From Eledone cirrhosa (taxonomy: Eukaryota): a stretch of 64,000 nt of DNA. Below, piece by piece: positions 26,091-37,859 of this stretch. The translations under genes and the position numbers were made by a program. The notes beneath the pieces are model-generated. The model searched no databases and was not told the origin of the DNA. It was given only the letters and a program-made list of their open reading frames with translations. How positions within the stretch are numbered: position 1 is the first letter of the stretch; each line of letters starts with the position of its first letter. The stretch is taken from the NCBI GenBank assembly GCA_964016885.1, contig CAXHJY010001753.1, positions 8,820 through 72,819 on the forward strand. Reading direction: 5' to 3'.

Positions 26091-26853
26091 ATGTGTGTGT
26101 TTGTGTGTGTGTGTGTGTGCGGGCGCGCGCCTGTGTGTGTGTCTGTACATACATATTGTATGTAAGTAGCTCTATGCACATATATATGTTTGTATGTGCC
26201 TATATACACTTGAGTGCTCACATGCAAATTCACTTGTCCATACATGTGTACATGCACATATGTATACGTGTGTGTATAATTTTTATACGCATGCATCAAC
26301 ACCAGCCAGCACACATTTATGTATGAACATAAATCTGAAAACATAATTAATTTTCTCATTGTTATTATTATCTCTTTTACTATTATTAATGCTTTCATTT
26401 TTTTTTTATTAATGATTTTTGCTCTTATTAACATAATTTCCCATATAGCTGGAAATCATTCGCCTATTCTAACAAAAAAATATTACTCTCTAAATTTTTT
26501 CATAGCAACAATATGTTTTTCCATAGCAAGAATTTGTTCTTTCGCTCATCTCAAGAGAACGTCCTCACGCACTACCGTTATGTTTTCCTGTTTTCTAAAG
26601 CCAATATTAGATCGTAATTTTTTTTTATATATTTACTTCTGCTTCTACAGATTGTTTTTCTCTGTTTTAGAAGATCTCGCTTATAGTGAAAGTAGTAATT
26701 TATTATCTGTACCAATAATAAATATATGCTCCACGGGTTTATATATACAGTCCTTATCGAGCCCTTTACAGATTTAGGTCTTTGTATTTATATATATATA
26801 CACATATGCGCTTGAACAATGAAACCAAAAGACGAAGTTATGCTTAAATAATC

Positions 26854-26920
26854 CATTGTTTTACGATCGTTACAAAAGGTTGATCGATAGAGTGACTAAA
26901 TCGATTTATCAAGAACAATG
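26854..26920 (-). ncRNA. Degenerate type I HHR with U3-A8 core
   Basis: CATTGTTC-TTGATAA-(ATCGAT..ATCGAT)..-GTAA-CGATCG-TA-AAACAATG. GAAA is altered to GTAA. Confidence 0.45.
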
Positions 26921-27069
26921 AACCTTCTGAAATGATAAAAAAATAATGAAGTACCAATATTAATATCATTCCTCGACCGGTCACCGCTCTATTTAACCAG
27001 CTCTTAAACATTACTGGAATTCTATAAGAATCCATGTTCTATATCTCTCGGCAGAAGCGAAGCGGTAAT

Positions 27070-27113
27070 TAGTCTTGATAACCGCTGCGAGCGGGAAACA
27101 GGACTGTCGATTA
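27070..27113 (+). ncRNA. Type I HHR variant, U3-A8 core, at the tip of a longer hairpin (27046-27135)
   Basis: TAGTC-TTGATAA-CCGCT gcg AGCGG-GAAA-CAGgaCTG-TC-GATTA. Confidence 0.65.
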
Positions 27114-27317
27114 CTGCCCTTTGTTTTTGCCGAGAATAAGTAAGTGACATAGTCACTACTTTAAAATTCATAGCGAATGGTCTTCAACATGTTTTTAATT
27201 AAACATATAGCATATTATATACACTATACATACATTCATATATATATATATTTAAAGGTTAAACAAGGTTCAATGAATAAATCAAACTACTATGTCAGGG
27301 TATGTCATGCATCATCT

Positions 27318-27391
27318 TATTTTATCTGATGAGGACGTACTGTTGAAGATAGCTCAGTACCTCTGAAATATGAAATATGTATAATAAAATA
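27318..27391 (+). ncRNA. Type I HHR motif
   Basis: TATTTTAT-CTGATGA-ggacGTACTG..CAGTACctct-(tgaaata duplicated)-GAAA-tatgta-TA-ATAAAATA. Homologue at 53702-53762 (-). Confidence 0.7.
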
Positions 27392-27574
27392 TACTTGATC
27401 ACACGAATGTCTATTTTTGTTAATATTTTGAATTAATATATATATATATGAAGATAAACATAGAATATTCGAAAATATTCTGTATGTTTATAATAAACAT
27501 TTCGAAGACCCAATCGCTATAGAATAAAATACGTCACGTATTACAATTTGAGATTCTCGATAAAAGCAAGGGAA

Positions 27575-27617
27575 GTAACCTACGCGTTTCATTCTTATTA
27601 GAAATCATCAGGATTAC
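27575..27617 (-). ncRNA. Minimal type I HHR, array copy 1 (identical at 27887-27929, 28199-28241, 28511-28553)
   Basis: GTAATC-CTGATGA-tTTCT aata AGAAt-GAAA-CGCG-TA-GGTTAC. Confidence 0.85.
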
Positions 27618-28798
27618 ATATCCAGTGCTTTTATCGAGAATGACACAGCTAGAGACTTATAGAATACTTAGCTGTGTACAGGAACTGGTTTGAAAGAGCG
27701 GTTGCCGGTCCGGCAGAAATTAGAATTTGGATATAATGCTCTGAAATAGCGATATATATGTGAAGATAAACATAGAATATTCGAAAATATTCTGTATGTT
27801 TATAATAAACATTTCGAAGACCCAATCGCTATAGAACAGAATACGTCACGTATTACAATTTGAGATTCTCGATAAAAGCAAGGGAAGTAACCTACGCGTT
27901 TCATTCTTATTAGAAATCATCAGGATTACATATCCAGTGCTTTTATCGAGAATGACACAGCTAGAGACTTATAGAATACTTAGCTGTGTACAGGAACTGG
28001 TTTGAAAGAGCGGTTGCCGGTCCGGCAGAAATTAGAATTTGGATATAATGCTCTGAAATAGCGATATATATGTGAAGATAAACATAGAATATTCGAAAAT
28101 ATTCTGTATGTTTATAATAAACATTTCGAAGACCCAATCGCTATAGAATAGAATACGTCACGTATTACAATTTGAGATTCTCGATAAAAGCAAGGGAAGT
28201 AACCTACGCGTTTCATTCTTATTAGAAATCATCAGGATTACATATCCAGTGCTTTTATCGAGAATGACACAGCTAGAGACTTATAGAATACTTAGCTGTG
28301 TACAGGAACTGGTTTGAAAGAGCGGTTGCCGGTCCGGCAGAAATTAGAATTTGGATATAATGCTCTGAAATAGCGATATATATGTGAAGATAAACATAGA
28401 ATATTCGAAAATATTCTGTATGTTTATAATAAACATTTCGAAGACCCAATCGCTATAGAATAGAATACGTCACGTATTACAATTTGAGATTCTCGATAAA
28501 AGCAAGGGAAGTAACCTACGCGTTTCATTCTTATTAGAAATCATCAGGATTACATATCCAGTGCTTTTATCGAGAATGATTCTATAGCGATTGGGTCTTC
28601 GAAATGTTTATTATAAACATACAGAATATTTTCGAATATTCTATGTTTATCTTCACATATATATCGCTATTTCAGAGCATTATATCCAAATTCTAATTTC
28701 TGCCGGACCGGCAACCGCTCTTTCAAACCAGTTCCTGTACACAGCTAAGTATTCTATAAGTCTCTAGCTGTGTCATTCTCGATAAAAGCACTGGATAT

Positions 28799-28841
28799 GT
28801 AATCCTGATGATTTCTAATAAGAATGAAACGCGTAGGTTAC
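28799..28841 (+). ncRNA. Minimal type I HHR in the inverted part of the array
   Basis: gtaatcctgatgatttctaataagaatgaaacgcgtaggttac read directly on +. Confidence 0.85.
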
Positions 28842-28998
28842 TTCCCTTGCTTTTATCGAGAATCTCAAATTGTAATACGTGACGTATTCTATTCTATAGC
28901 GATTGGGTCTTCGAAATGTTTATTATAAACATACAGAATATTTTCGAATATTCTATGTTTATCTTCACATATATATCGCTATTTCAGAGCATTATATC

Positions 28999-29058
<60 letters not shown>

Positions 29059-29072
29059 CATATATATGTGTA

Positions 29073-29179
<107 letters not shown>

Positions 29180-29399
29180 TTAAAGATTAATTAGTCTTTA
29201 ATACTTAAATATCTCAATGAGAGAAAACTCTCAGAGGAGCAATTTTATATATTGAAATTAATTGAGAAAGAACTTCAATTCTGGGACTATAAACAACCTA
29301 GACAAAAATGTATTCTATCTAACATTGCTTATATATAGATCTCCCTACTATGAAGACTAATTAATCTTTCATTAATAATAAACTGCTCCTGGCTGCTAT

Positions 29400-31500
29400 T
29401 TTAAGCGATTTTATAAGCCTGTCAAGGAGATTTTGATAACGAAACACAACGTGTGAAAATAAAAGTGAAACTATCAGGTATGTTAATAATAGCATGCATT
29501 AAGGTAAAACAGAAACAGAATATATTAAGAAAATTACACACAGAATGTTAATAAAAAAAAAAAGCACAGATACATAATGATAGCATAGATATAAATATTA
29601 TGTAAATATCATATGGCGAATTAGTTGCATTCAAAGATGTTTATATTGAAGTTAATGTAAAAATGTTTATGCTGGGGGTAATGTGAATAGTTTATGTAAT
29701 AAATATTAATATTTACAGTTGTGGCGTGTATACGCAATTGGCATAGATTGATGAAGTTTAAATAAGTATATAAAGCAAACATTAATCCGGTGGTTTCTGT
29801 TGCCATGTCAATATTTGTGTTTGAAAAATATTATATTATACATTCCTCAATGTAGTAATTCGATTAAGAATTATAGTTGAAGTCAAAACAACCGCTTTTA
29901 CGAAATCTAATGGGAACAGTTGTGTTAAGGTTTTAATAACGGTCGGATTTTGAAATAGTAAATAGATTACTACAAAAGGAGTTAATAACATAACGGAGGT
30001 AATTAAGGAAATATTAAAATTTTTCAATGGATTTATATCCTTATGTTATTTAAATCATTATATAATTAATCAATCTATTAATTAATATATTTATTAATTA
30101 ATATATTTATTTATTATTTATTATTTAAATATATATATTTATTTATTTTGTTTATTTAATATTATTTAATCCTTTTTCAAATTATATAAAGAGTGATAAA
30201 TTATTAATTTAGAGAGGAATTTATTCAGTAGTTGATAATTTATGGTGGAATAAAATATATTATGGGCGCTATTACCAGCTACCTAATTTGTGTTATATCT
30301 ATTTAGAAAAAAAGTAATAAGGAAGGTACTTTAGAAAGAAAGAACATAGTAGGGTACACAAAGTGTTTATTTATTATTTTTGTGGTTATTATGATAATAA
30401 AATAAAGTATAGGATCTGTAGTAGATATGAAATAATAGAAGCTGTGCATTAATATAATTATATTATGGTAATATTATGATAATTAAGTGCGAGAAAAAGG
30501 ATACCTAAGTTAATAGGGTGGTAAGGTTTATTAAACTCCGTGTGTGTGTGTGGGGGGGGGGGGGTAGTTATATACATACAAAAATTATAGGAGTTAAAAT
30601 TAAAGGCGAAGTGGTAATGGTAATGTGGGATTAGATCTGACATTGTTATAAATTAGCTGCTGGGTTTGAAATAATGAAAAGAGTGTCAGTGAAAGTGTAG
30701 ACACGTGGAGAAAATGTCCAACTTTCTATTTAATAGATTTAATTGAGAATAAACAATAGTGCGAGACTCGAGGAGACAAAGGTTACAGAATTTGTTAGGT
30801 GGTTAGCTATCCCGTCCCATTCTAGGGTGTATGGTTTATTTCTAATTTTCAATGAATGTGTATATGTAGATAATGAAGTAGCGTTACCTAGTTTAGGATT
30901 TCTAAAAGTGTGAAGATGCGAGTTATACCTTATCTTAAAGCTAGTCGAGGTGGAACCAATATAAGTTTTCGAAATTTCATGTGTTGTTACAATACAGGAG
31001 TAAACAATATCTTTAATTAGGCACCTTTTCCTCTTGTGCAAATTTTATTTGGTCTAAAGTTACAGTTGTTCTGGTTATTAGTATATTGGTTGAGAGGGTA
31101 TGTGGTGTGTGGTTATTACAGTTGATAATGTGAGTATTGAGATTATGGAAATTATTATTATTTCTATAGCTATTAATGTCATTATTACTAGTACTATTAC
31201 TATTATTGTTTCTAACATTTTCCTGTTCTGAGTTATTATGATGGTTATTTCTATTTTGAAAGTTATTAATTTGGTGTAACTAGAAATATTTATTAATCTT
31301 CCTTTTATTACTGCTTGTAATTTGCTTGATATATTCACTTTCTGTTTTACCCTAATGCATGCTATTAACATTCGGTGTGTAATATGCCTGATATTTTCAC
31401 TTTTACTTATACTTTTCTTATTTCAATATTTTAAAAATGTAATATCATGTATAGGTTTGCTATCATTTTGCATCTGTATTACCTTAATGCATACTATTAT
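29400..31500 (-). mobile_element. Old Penelope-like remnant (GIY-YIG at ~30740-31070) with inverted flanking segments
   Basis: CLIKDIVYSC...TYIGSTSTSFKIRYNSHLHTF. ~29450-29540 is the reverse complement of ~31315-31410. Confidence 0.7.
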
Positions 31501-31702
31501 AAATTTTCTGTGTAATATGCTTGATATGCTCACTTCTAATAATACCCTCTTTATAATAGCTTCCAATATTTGCTATCTTTTCAATGTAATATCATTTTAT
31601 TACTCGTTTTTCAATATGATGTCACTGGCACTGTTAATAATAATGTATCTTAATGAATGTTCTAAGGCCTAGGAATTTAATTACTTGTTTAAACATTGTA
31701 TA

Positions 31703-31749
31703 TGCTCCGATGATTCCAAACAGTTGTCTGGAAGAAACGATCCTCAGCA
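31703..31749 (+). ncRNA. Degenerate type I HHR
   Basis: TGCT-CCGATGA-TTCCAAAC agtt GTCTGGAA-GAAA-CGATCC-TC-AGCA, with a U4 to C change. Confidence 0.6.
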
Positions 31750-31789
31750 ATTAAATGCATTAATAAAAGATTTGATTGTTTTATAAGAG

Positions 31790-32110
31790 ACAACGGCCAT
31801 CCAAAAGTGTGTAAATATGTATATACACATGTACATATGTATGTATATGTATATGTGTATATACATGGGTGCATGTGTATGTATGTGCGAGGGGACATAG
31901 AAAACGTCGGGTTGGACACCCGATCGCGCAATTAAACGACTGGGAGTGAAGGACCCCTAGCCTTTGTCAGGGCATTCTTCTAGGAGAAGGCAACTCAGGA
32001 AACTGGGATGACTCCGATATAAAACCTAAAGCTCAGTAGTTACAGACGATATTGATCTTTTCTTCTTTTCGGGTTATAGCTACTGTATATTATTGTTTCC
32101 CCCTTTCGGG
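31790..32110 (+). repeat. Unclassified dispersed repeat, second copy at ~52490-52770 (-)
   Basis: Shared block ctgggagtgaaggacccctagcctttgtcagggcattctt...gatcttttcttcttttcgggtta. Confidence 0.75.
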
Positions 32111-32276
32111 GATTGTAGTTGTCTCCCCTTCCCGCTTAGTGACGCTATAATACTTCCTCAGTCAAAAATTGCTCGCATTTCAAATTTGGCGGTCATTTGA
32201 TGCGAGAAGGAGCAACTTAACAGACACGATTTTTAACTGCGGTAAGAATTTTTTTCTTATTTCAAAGTTTAATGGG

Positions 32277-32404
32277 CTTTCACTGATGATTTATAAGTGC
32301 CCACCTAAATATATTCTTACATGAATGTATATTAGGCTTCTACATAAAATGGAAATATTCTCCCAATTTGTAGAAAACTTATAATGAAACAATTGTTTGG
32401 AAAG
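32277..32404 (+). ncRNA. Type I HHR with very long stem II insert; sister copy at 34046-34172 (-)
   Basis: CTTTCA-CTGATGA-tTTATAAG..~80 nt..CTTATAAt-GAAA-CAATTG-TT-TGGAAAG. Confidence 0.7.
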
Positions 32405-32687
32405 AGAGATGTACTTTAACTTTAATTATATCTCATAAAATAATACAACTGGCTTTTCCACATAATACATATTGTTAGCACCCCAAACACTTAAATTAGG
32501 TTTATATTAAAATATAACCTAATGTTTGTTGAGTGAGATGGTTACCAGTCAGAGTTTAGCTTTAAACTATCTCTGTTATTGTATTAAATATATATATATA
32601 TATATATATAACGAAGGAAATGTGGCAAGGAACCAGGTGGACCATAACGCACCAAAGTACTCAATACTTAGGGTAGTAGAGTGGGTA

Positions 32688-32801
32688 ATAGGAACCAGTA
32701 AGACCCCGACGGCTGAGCTCAAGCCGTTTCGACGGCTAATTCTGGACTCCAGAATTAGCCGTCGAAACGGCTTGAGCTCAGCCGTCGGGGTCTTACTGGT
32801 T

Positions 32802-32806
<5 letters not shown>
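32688..32806. repeat. Perfect palindrome, 59-bp arms, 1-nt spacer
   Basis: Arms checked base by base. Centre at 32747. Confidence 0.97.
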
Positions 32807-32837
<31 letters not shown>

Positions 32838-33090
32838 TAAACGGAATAGAAAATGCTGACAAATTGTTCACAGTTGAAAAATGGTTTAATTAGGAATAAA
32901 AGAGTATTAGTGATTATATGGGTTAGTATTCAGTTGTGGTTTTAAGTTTTTAAGTTTTACGGTCCCGAGGATTATATATATATCACAGAAAAAAAGAGAA
33001 TCAGTGTTGCGACGAATGGATTGTAATATGTCCAATAAATTCCATTCGTCGCAACACAGATTCTCTTTTTTTCTGTGATCATCCCACACC

Positions 33091-33134
<44 letters not shown>

Positions 33135-33309
33135 TTATTTTTCATTCTTTATTTTATATTCCACCGATTCATCTATTTAACCCACTGTAGTTGAATGTCG
33201 TTAATACCCTATCATCCCATTTTATTACACTGACCAGTATGTCCCTTATCATATCATCTCTTCATACCACTTCCCTCTCTTTCTCCATGTTATTATTATT
33301 ATTGTCATT

Positions 33310-33497
33310 GGGGCGGTGAATTGGCAGTATCGGTAGAGGGTCGGACGCCATGCTTTGACGCAGAGTTACGGCCCTTGCCATTCTGAGTTCAAATCCCGCC
33401 GAGGTTAACTTTGCCTTTCATCCTTACGGGGTCGATAAAATAAAGTACCAGTAATGTACTGGGTAATTGCTGGCCTTGTGCCAATAGTAGAAACAAT
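33310..33497 (+). mobile_element. SINE (main family), full length
   Basis: Close to the window consensus. Confidence 0.9.
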
Positions 33498-33649
33498 TAT
33501 TATTATTGTCATTACTATTTTACACTTCTATCCACTTATCACTGCATCTATTACTATTACTACTATTATTATTATTATTGTTGTTGTTTTCATTTATGTT
33601 ATTCTCCCATGTATCTATAAATACTACGGCAGTGTATCGTAGACAAATC

Positions 33650-33760
33650 AGTATTCTGACGATTTGGTCGGGTATCGACTGTAATTAAGGTCGTGTGACG
33701 TAACTTCTAACGATCAGCGACTTTTAGACACACCGGATTAATGAAACAATTGTTAATACT
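33650..33760 (+). ncRNA. Type I HHR with long stem II
   Basis: AGTATT-CTGACGA-tTTGGTCGGGT..ACCGGATTAAt-GAAA-CAATTG-TT-AATACT. Confidence 0.7.
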
Positions 33761-33811
33761 TTAAATAAACCTTATTGTACAGCCGACCATGTTATTCTTC
33801 ATTATTTTACT

Positions 33812-33844
<33 letters not shown>

Positions 33845-34181
33845 ATATATATATATACATATATATATTTAATACATTAACAGAGAAAGCTTTAAGCAAT
33901 ACTCTGACTGGCTTCCATCTCACTCAACAAACATTAGGATATACCTTAGTATAATCCCAATTTTACGTTTGGGGTGCTAACTATATGTATTTTGTGGATA
34001 GCCAGTTGCATTATTTTATATGAGACATAATTAAAATACATCTCCCTTTCCAAACAATTGTTTCATTATAAGTTTTCTACAAGTTGAGAAAAATGTGTCC
34101 AGGTTATGTAGAAGCCTACACATAATCCGTAGGAATATATGCAGGTGGGCACTTATAAATCATCAGTGGATGCCCGTCAAA

Positions 34182-34230
<49 letters not shown>

Positions 34231-34376
34231 GAGAGGTATAGAGATTGTTTTAGCAAAAAACTAACGGCATATATATATATATATATAAACATTTCATTTC
34301 ACGTTGCTCCAGTATATTCAGCTGAAAATTAGTACCTTTTAATGATGTTTTGATTATAATCCTTGTCTTAATATTC

Positions 34377-34428
<52 letters not shown>

Positions 34429-36135
34429 GAATATTAAGACAAGGATTATAATCAAAACATCATTAAAAGGTACTAATTTTCAGCAACGTGAAATGAAATG
34501 TTTTGCTCAAGAACGCAACACACAACCCAGTTCAGGAATCAAGCTCATGACATTATTGTTGTAAGTTCAACGCCCTTACCACTAGGCTACGTACCACCAC
34601 TTAATTTACATAAAGTGTAATCAATTTCCCGAGTTATTCCCTGGTTCTTTTGTTACTGAACCCAGAAAGATAAAAGATAAAGTTGACCTCGGCGGGATTC
34701 AACCCAATAATTGATGGTTTCTAATTTTAGCACAAAGCCAGTAATGGTTTAGAGGATGGTGGTGGAGGTGGTATATCAGCCGTCTATATCAACCAAAGTA
34801 CTTAATTTCATCAATCTCAGAAGGATGAACAGCAAAGTTGACCTCAACAGTATGAATAATATTGATTCATTTTTACTAGACACAAATCTAATCGTTGCAA
34901 TTGAGAGGCTAAAATCGACTTTTATCTCTTTTCCAAAAGTTGTGGAAATTCTCATGATCATTTATTGTATGGGTTTGAGGGTGGAAGTTATCCCTAAACC
35001 GGAGACTTGACTCGAATGCTTGCAACAGAGATGATCCACTAAGGGAACCAAAGATCCATGTTATGGTTTTAAACCAAGAGATCGATTAAGTCTAACATCC
35101 AAGTGATTTACGATAGGATTTGATCTAAAAACTTAAAGATTCAGAACAGATACTCCAAGGCCTCTTGCCCAAAGTTCTAATGAGTGTGTTAGTCCATCAG
35201 CATAATCTGATACTTTACCAAACCCAGAATAGTGATTTTGATAGAATTTGAACTGAAGACGTAGTAGCCGTAAAGTATTTCGTCTACCACTCCAACTTCT
35301 TTGCTACTTTGCTGCTTTAAGTACATCGGGAAAATGAACGCTGAAGTTGGTTGAGTGTCATGGTATACTGGTGATTGCTAGCATTGGTAGTGATCGTATG
35401 AGTGTTGTAACAGTGAAAGTTACATGATGATAGAAATTGTGCTCCTGGTTGTTGAGTGATAGCTGTGGTAGTGGTGGCAGTTTCCATGGGAACGGGTATG
35501 ATATAGGCAGTGGTGGTTGTACTTATGGTAGAATTGGAGGTATTGATCTTGTTAGTGTTCTTGATAATTACGCAGATAGGATAAAAATGGTAAATGTAGT
35601 AGTGGTAATGAAGGTGGAGTGGCTTTAGGGGAATAGTGATGTCAGTTATAATGGTGAGGGTGTTGATGGTGGCGAGAGTGGAGAAGGTACAGTTGGTGGA
35701 GGTAATGATTAAAGTTTAGTAGTGACAAAAATAGTGGTCATGAAGGTGCTTAAGAGAGGGTTGTGGTGTGAGGGGGAAACATTTAATTGTGATTAAAATC
35801 ATAGCATTTACAACATGCAAAATCAAACAATAAGATAGAAAGAAAGAAAGAAGAGAGAAAATAAAGAAAAGGAAGAGGAAGAAAAAATAAAATAGAAAGA
35901 ATTGAAGAGATTATGGCACGAAAATCGAATAAAATCAATGGTTGGCTTCCATTGCAGAGCGATTGTTGTAATTATGTCTCTTGGTTAGAATTTTGCAGTA
36001 TGGCACGTGTAGGATGTAACGAAAGGTGGGGGAGCTTGCTTGCGTTATTGTTGTTCTTCATCTTGCTATTTTTATAATATTATTAGGAAATATGAGAAGT
36101 TTATTATTAGTAGTGCCATTGTTATAATTATCATA

Positions 36136-36750
36136 GGGCGGTGGATTGGCAGAATCGGTAGAGCGTCGGACACCTTGCTTCGCGGCATAGTTACGTCTCT
36201 TTACGTTCTGAGTTCAAATCCCGTCGAGGTAAACTTTGCCTTTCATCCTTACGGGGTCGATAAAATAAAGCGCCAGTAACGTACTGGGGTCAATTTAAAC
36301 GACTTTCTCCTCCCCCAAATTACTAGCCTTGTGCCTATACTAGAAATCATTGTTATAATTATCATAACACCATGCTTTTCAGCATAGAATTATGACCCTT
36401 TACGTTCTGAGTTCAAATCATGCCGAGGTTAACTTTGCCTTTCATCCTTACGGAGTCGATAAAATAAAGCACTACACTAGGGTAATTGCTGGCCTTGTGC
36501 CAAAAGTAGAAACATTATTATTATTGTTAGACGCTGGAAAAGGGCGGTGGATTAACAGTATCGGTAGAGCGTCGGACAACATGCTTTGCGGGATATAGTT
36601 ACGTTACTTTATGTTCTGAATTCAGGTCGAGATTAACTTTGCCTTTCATCCTTACGGAGTCAATAAAATAAAGTATCAGTTAAGTATTGACGCCATTATA
36701 ATCGACTTTCCACTTTCTTCAAATTATTAGCTTCGTGCCAATGTTAAAAA
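36136..36750 (+). mobile_element. Cluster of three head-to-tail SINEs
   Basis: Copies at ~36136-36350, 36365-36515 and 36541-36750. Confidence 0.85.
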
Positions 36751-37112
36751 GAATTATTAGAGGCGGGAAAACCCTGTGGGAATCGAACTCACGCCTCACA
36801 TATAACGGATAGACTTATACGTCATTTTTAAGGCTTATTTTTTCAATCTCTATAGGTTATATTTGCCTAACTTGTTCAAGTATTTTATAGTCAAACCTCT
36901 GTTTTCGCATTCTGCAGTACTTTCAAAATCCAAATTTGTGCAACGCCCAGTTACCTTGGGTTATTGTTTATAAGTTTATTTTCTTTTACCGAGGTTCGAC
37001 CTATGTAATGTAGGTACAAATATGCCAGTTGCATCTTGTGGGACATCGAAATGATCGTGTGGATCTGCATATAAAGAAAATTGAAATGCGCACACGCACA
37101 CGCCCAAAATAC

Positions 37113-37144
<32 letters not shown>

Positions 37145-37859
37145 TCCCTGATGATTTATTATCAATGAACCAGTTGTAGTCCTGTAGAAGTCATTTCTAT
37201 AATAAAACTAGACGACCCGTGACCCATTGGGTCACGTTCACTTAAAAGTATTTTTAAAAAATCATGTTCACTTAATAATGATTTTTAAATAATTAAAATA
37301 CACATATTATTTCTACCAGCCGAAATACGATTCTCGCTGAATTATATTTGTATTAATCTCCCGAGTTTTACAATTAACCTGTTAATAATTCTATTGACAG
37401 ATTAATTGCATAAGTTTATTTTTAAAAATACCTGGTTGAGTGCTTATTCGATTTGTGCTATCTATGCAATTTTTTGTATGATATACACATACTGAATTCA
37501 TTTGCCAAAATATGGGGAATTTTCCCTTGTGACTTACGCATGTGCGTTTACTAAGCTCTGCGTCACTCGCAAAGTTGGCTACAGAGCAAAATTACCTGTT
37601 GATAATGTGATATTCCTTGTTCGATCTTTATGCTGACAGTTTATAGTTTTAAGCAGACAGTATTATTGATTTAGGTGTCATAGAAACCCTGCATTTGGAT
37701 TTTACCACCAATTCCATTTGGGTCCAGGTTTTTATCATTTATTTTGTTTGACCTGTTTAGCTTGATTTATTTTTTGGCTTAGGTGATTAATGCCTTCCTA
37801 ACCACTTTTTCAGCTTGTATGTCGTTTTAACATATTGTATGGCGTTTTAACATATTGTT

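Larger units (their letters stand above)
27449..29001. repeat. 312-bp tandem array (~3.6 direct copies to 28579, then ~1.36 inverted copies), each unit carrying an HHR
   Basis: gaagataaac at 27450, 27762, 28074 and 28386. Orientation switches at 28579. Flanked by (TA)n on both sides. Confidence 0.97.

Noticed and set aside
27449-28579. CRISPR-like or simple satellite interpretation of the 312-bp array
   Set aside because: There are no variable spacers and the context is eukaryotic. The units are whole-length duplicates carrying an HHR.
36990-37064. 75-bp minus-strand segment with good ag/gt boundaries
   Set aside because: Two frames are open but neither resembles an M1 aminopeptidase or any protein I recognise. 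Needs RNA-seq.
37148-37178. CTGATGA..GAAC-CAGTTG-TA HHR-like string
   Set aside because: GAAA is mutated and there is no stem I pairing.
37205-37235. actag..cgtgaccca-t-tgggtcacg hairpin as a Helitron/Helentron end
   Set aside because: No matching second terminus was found.
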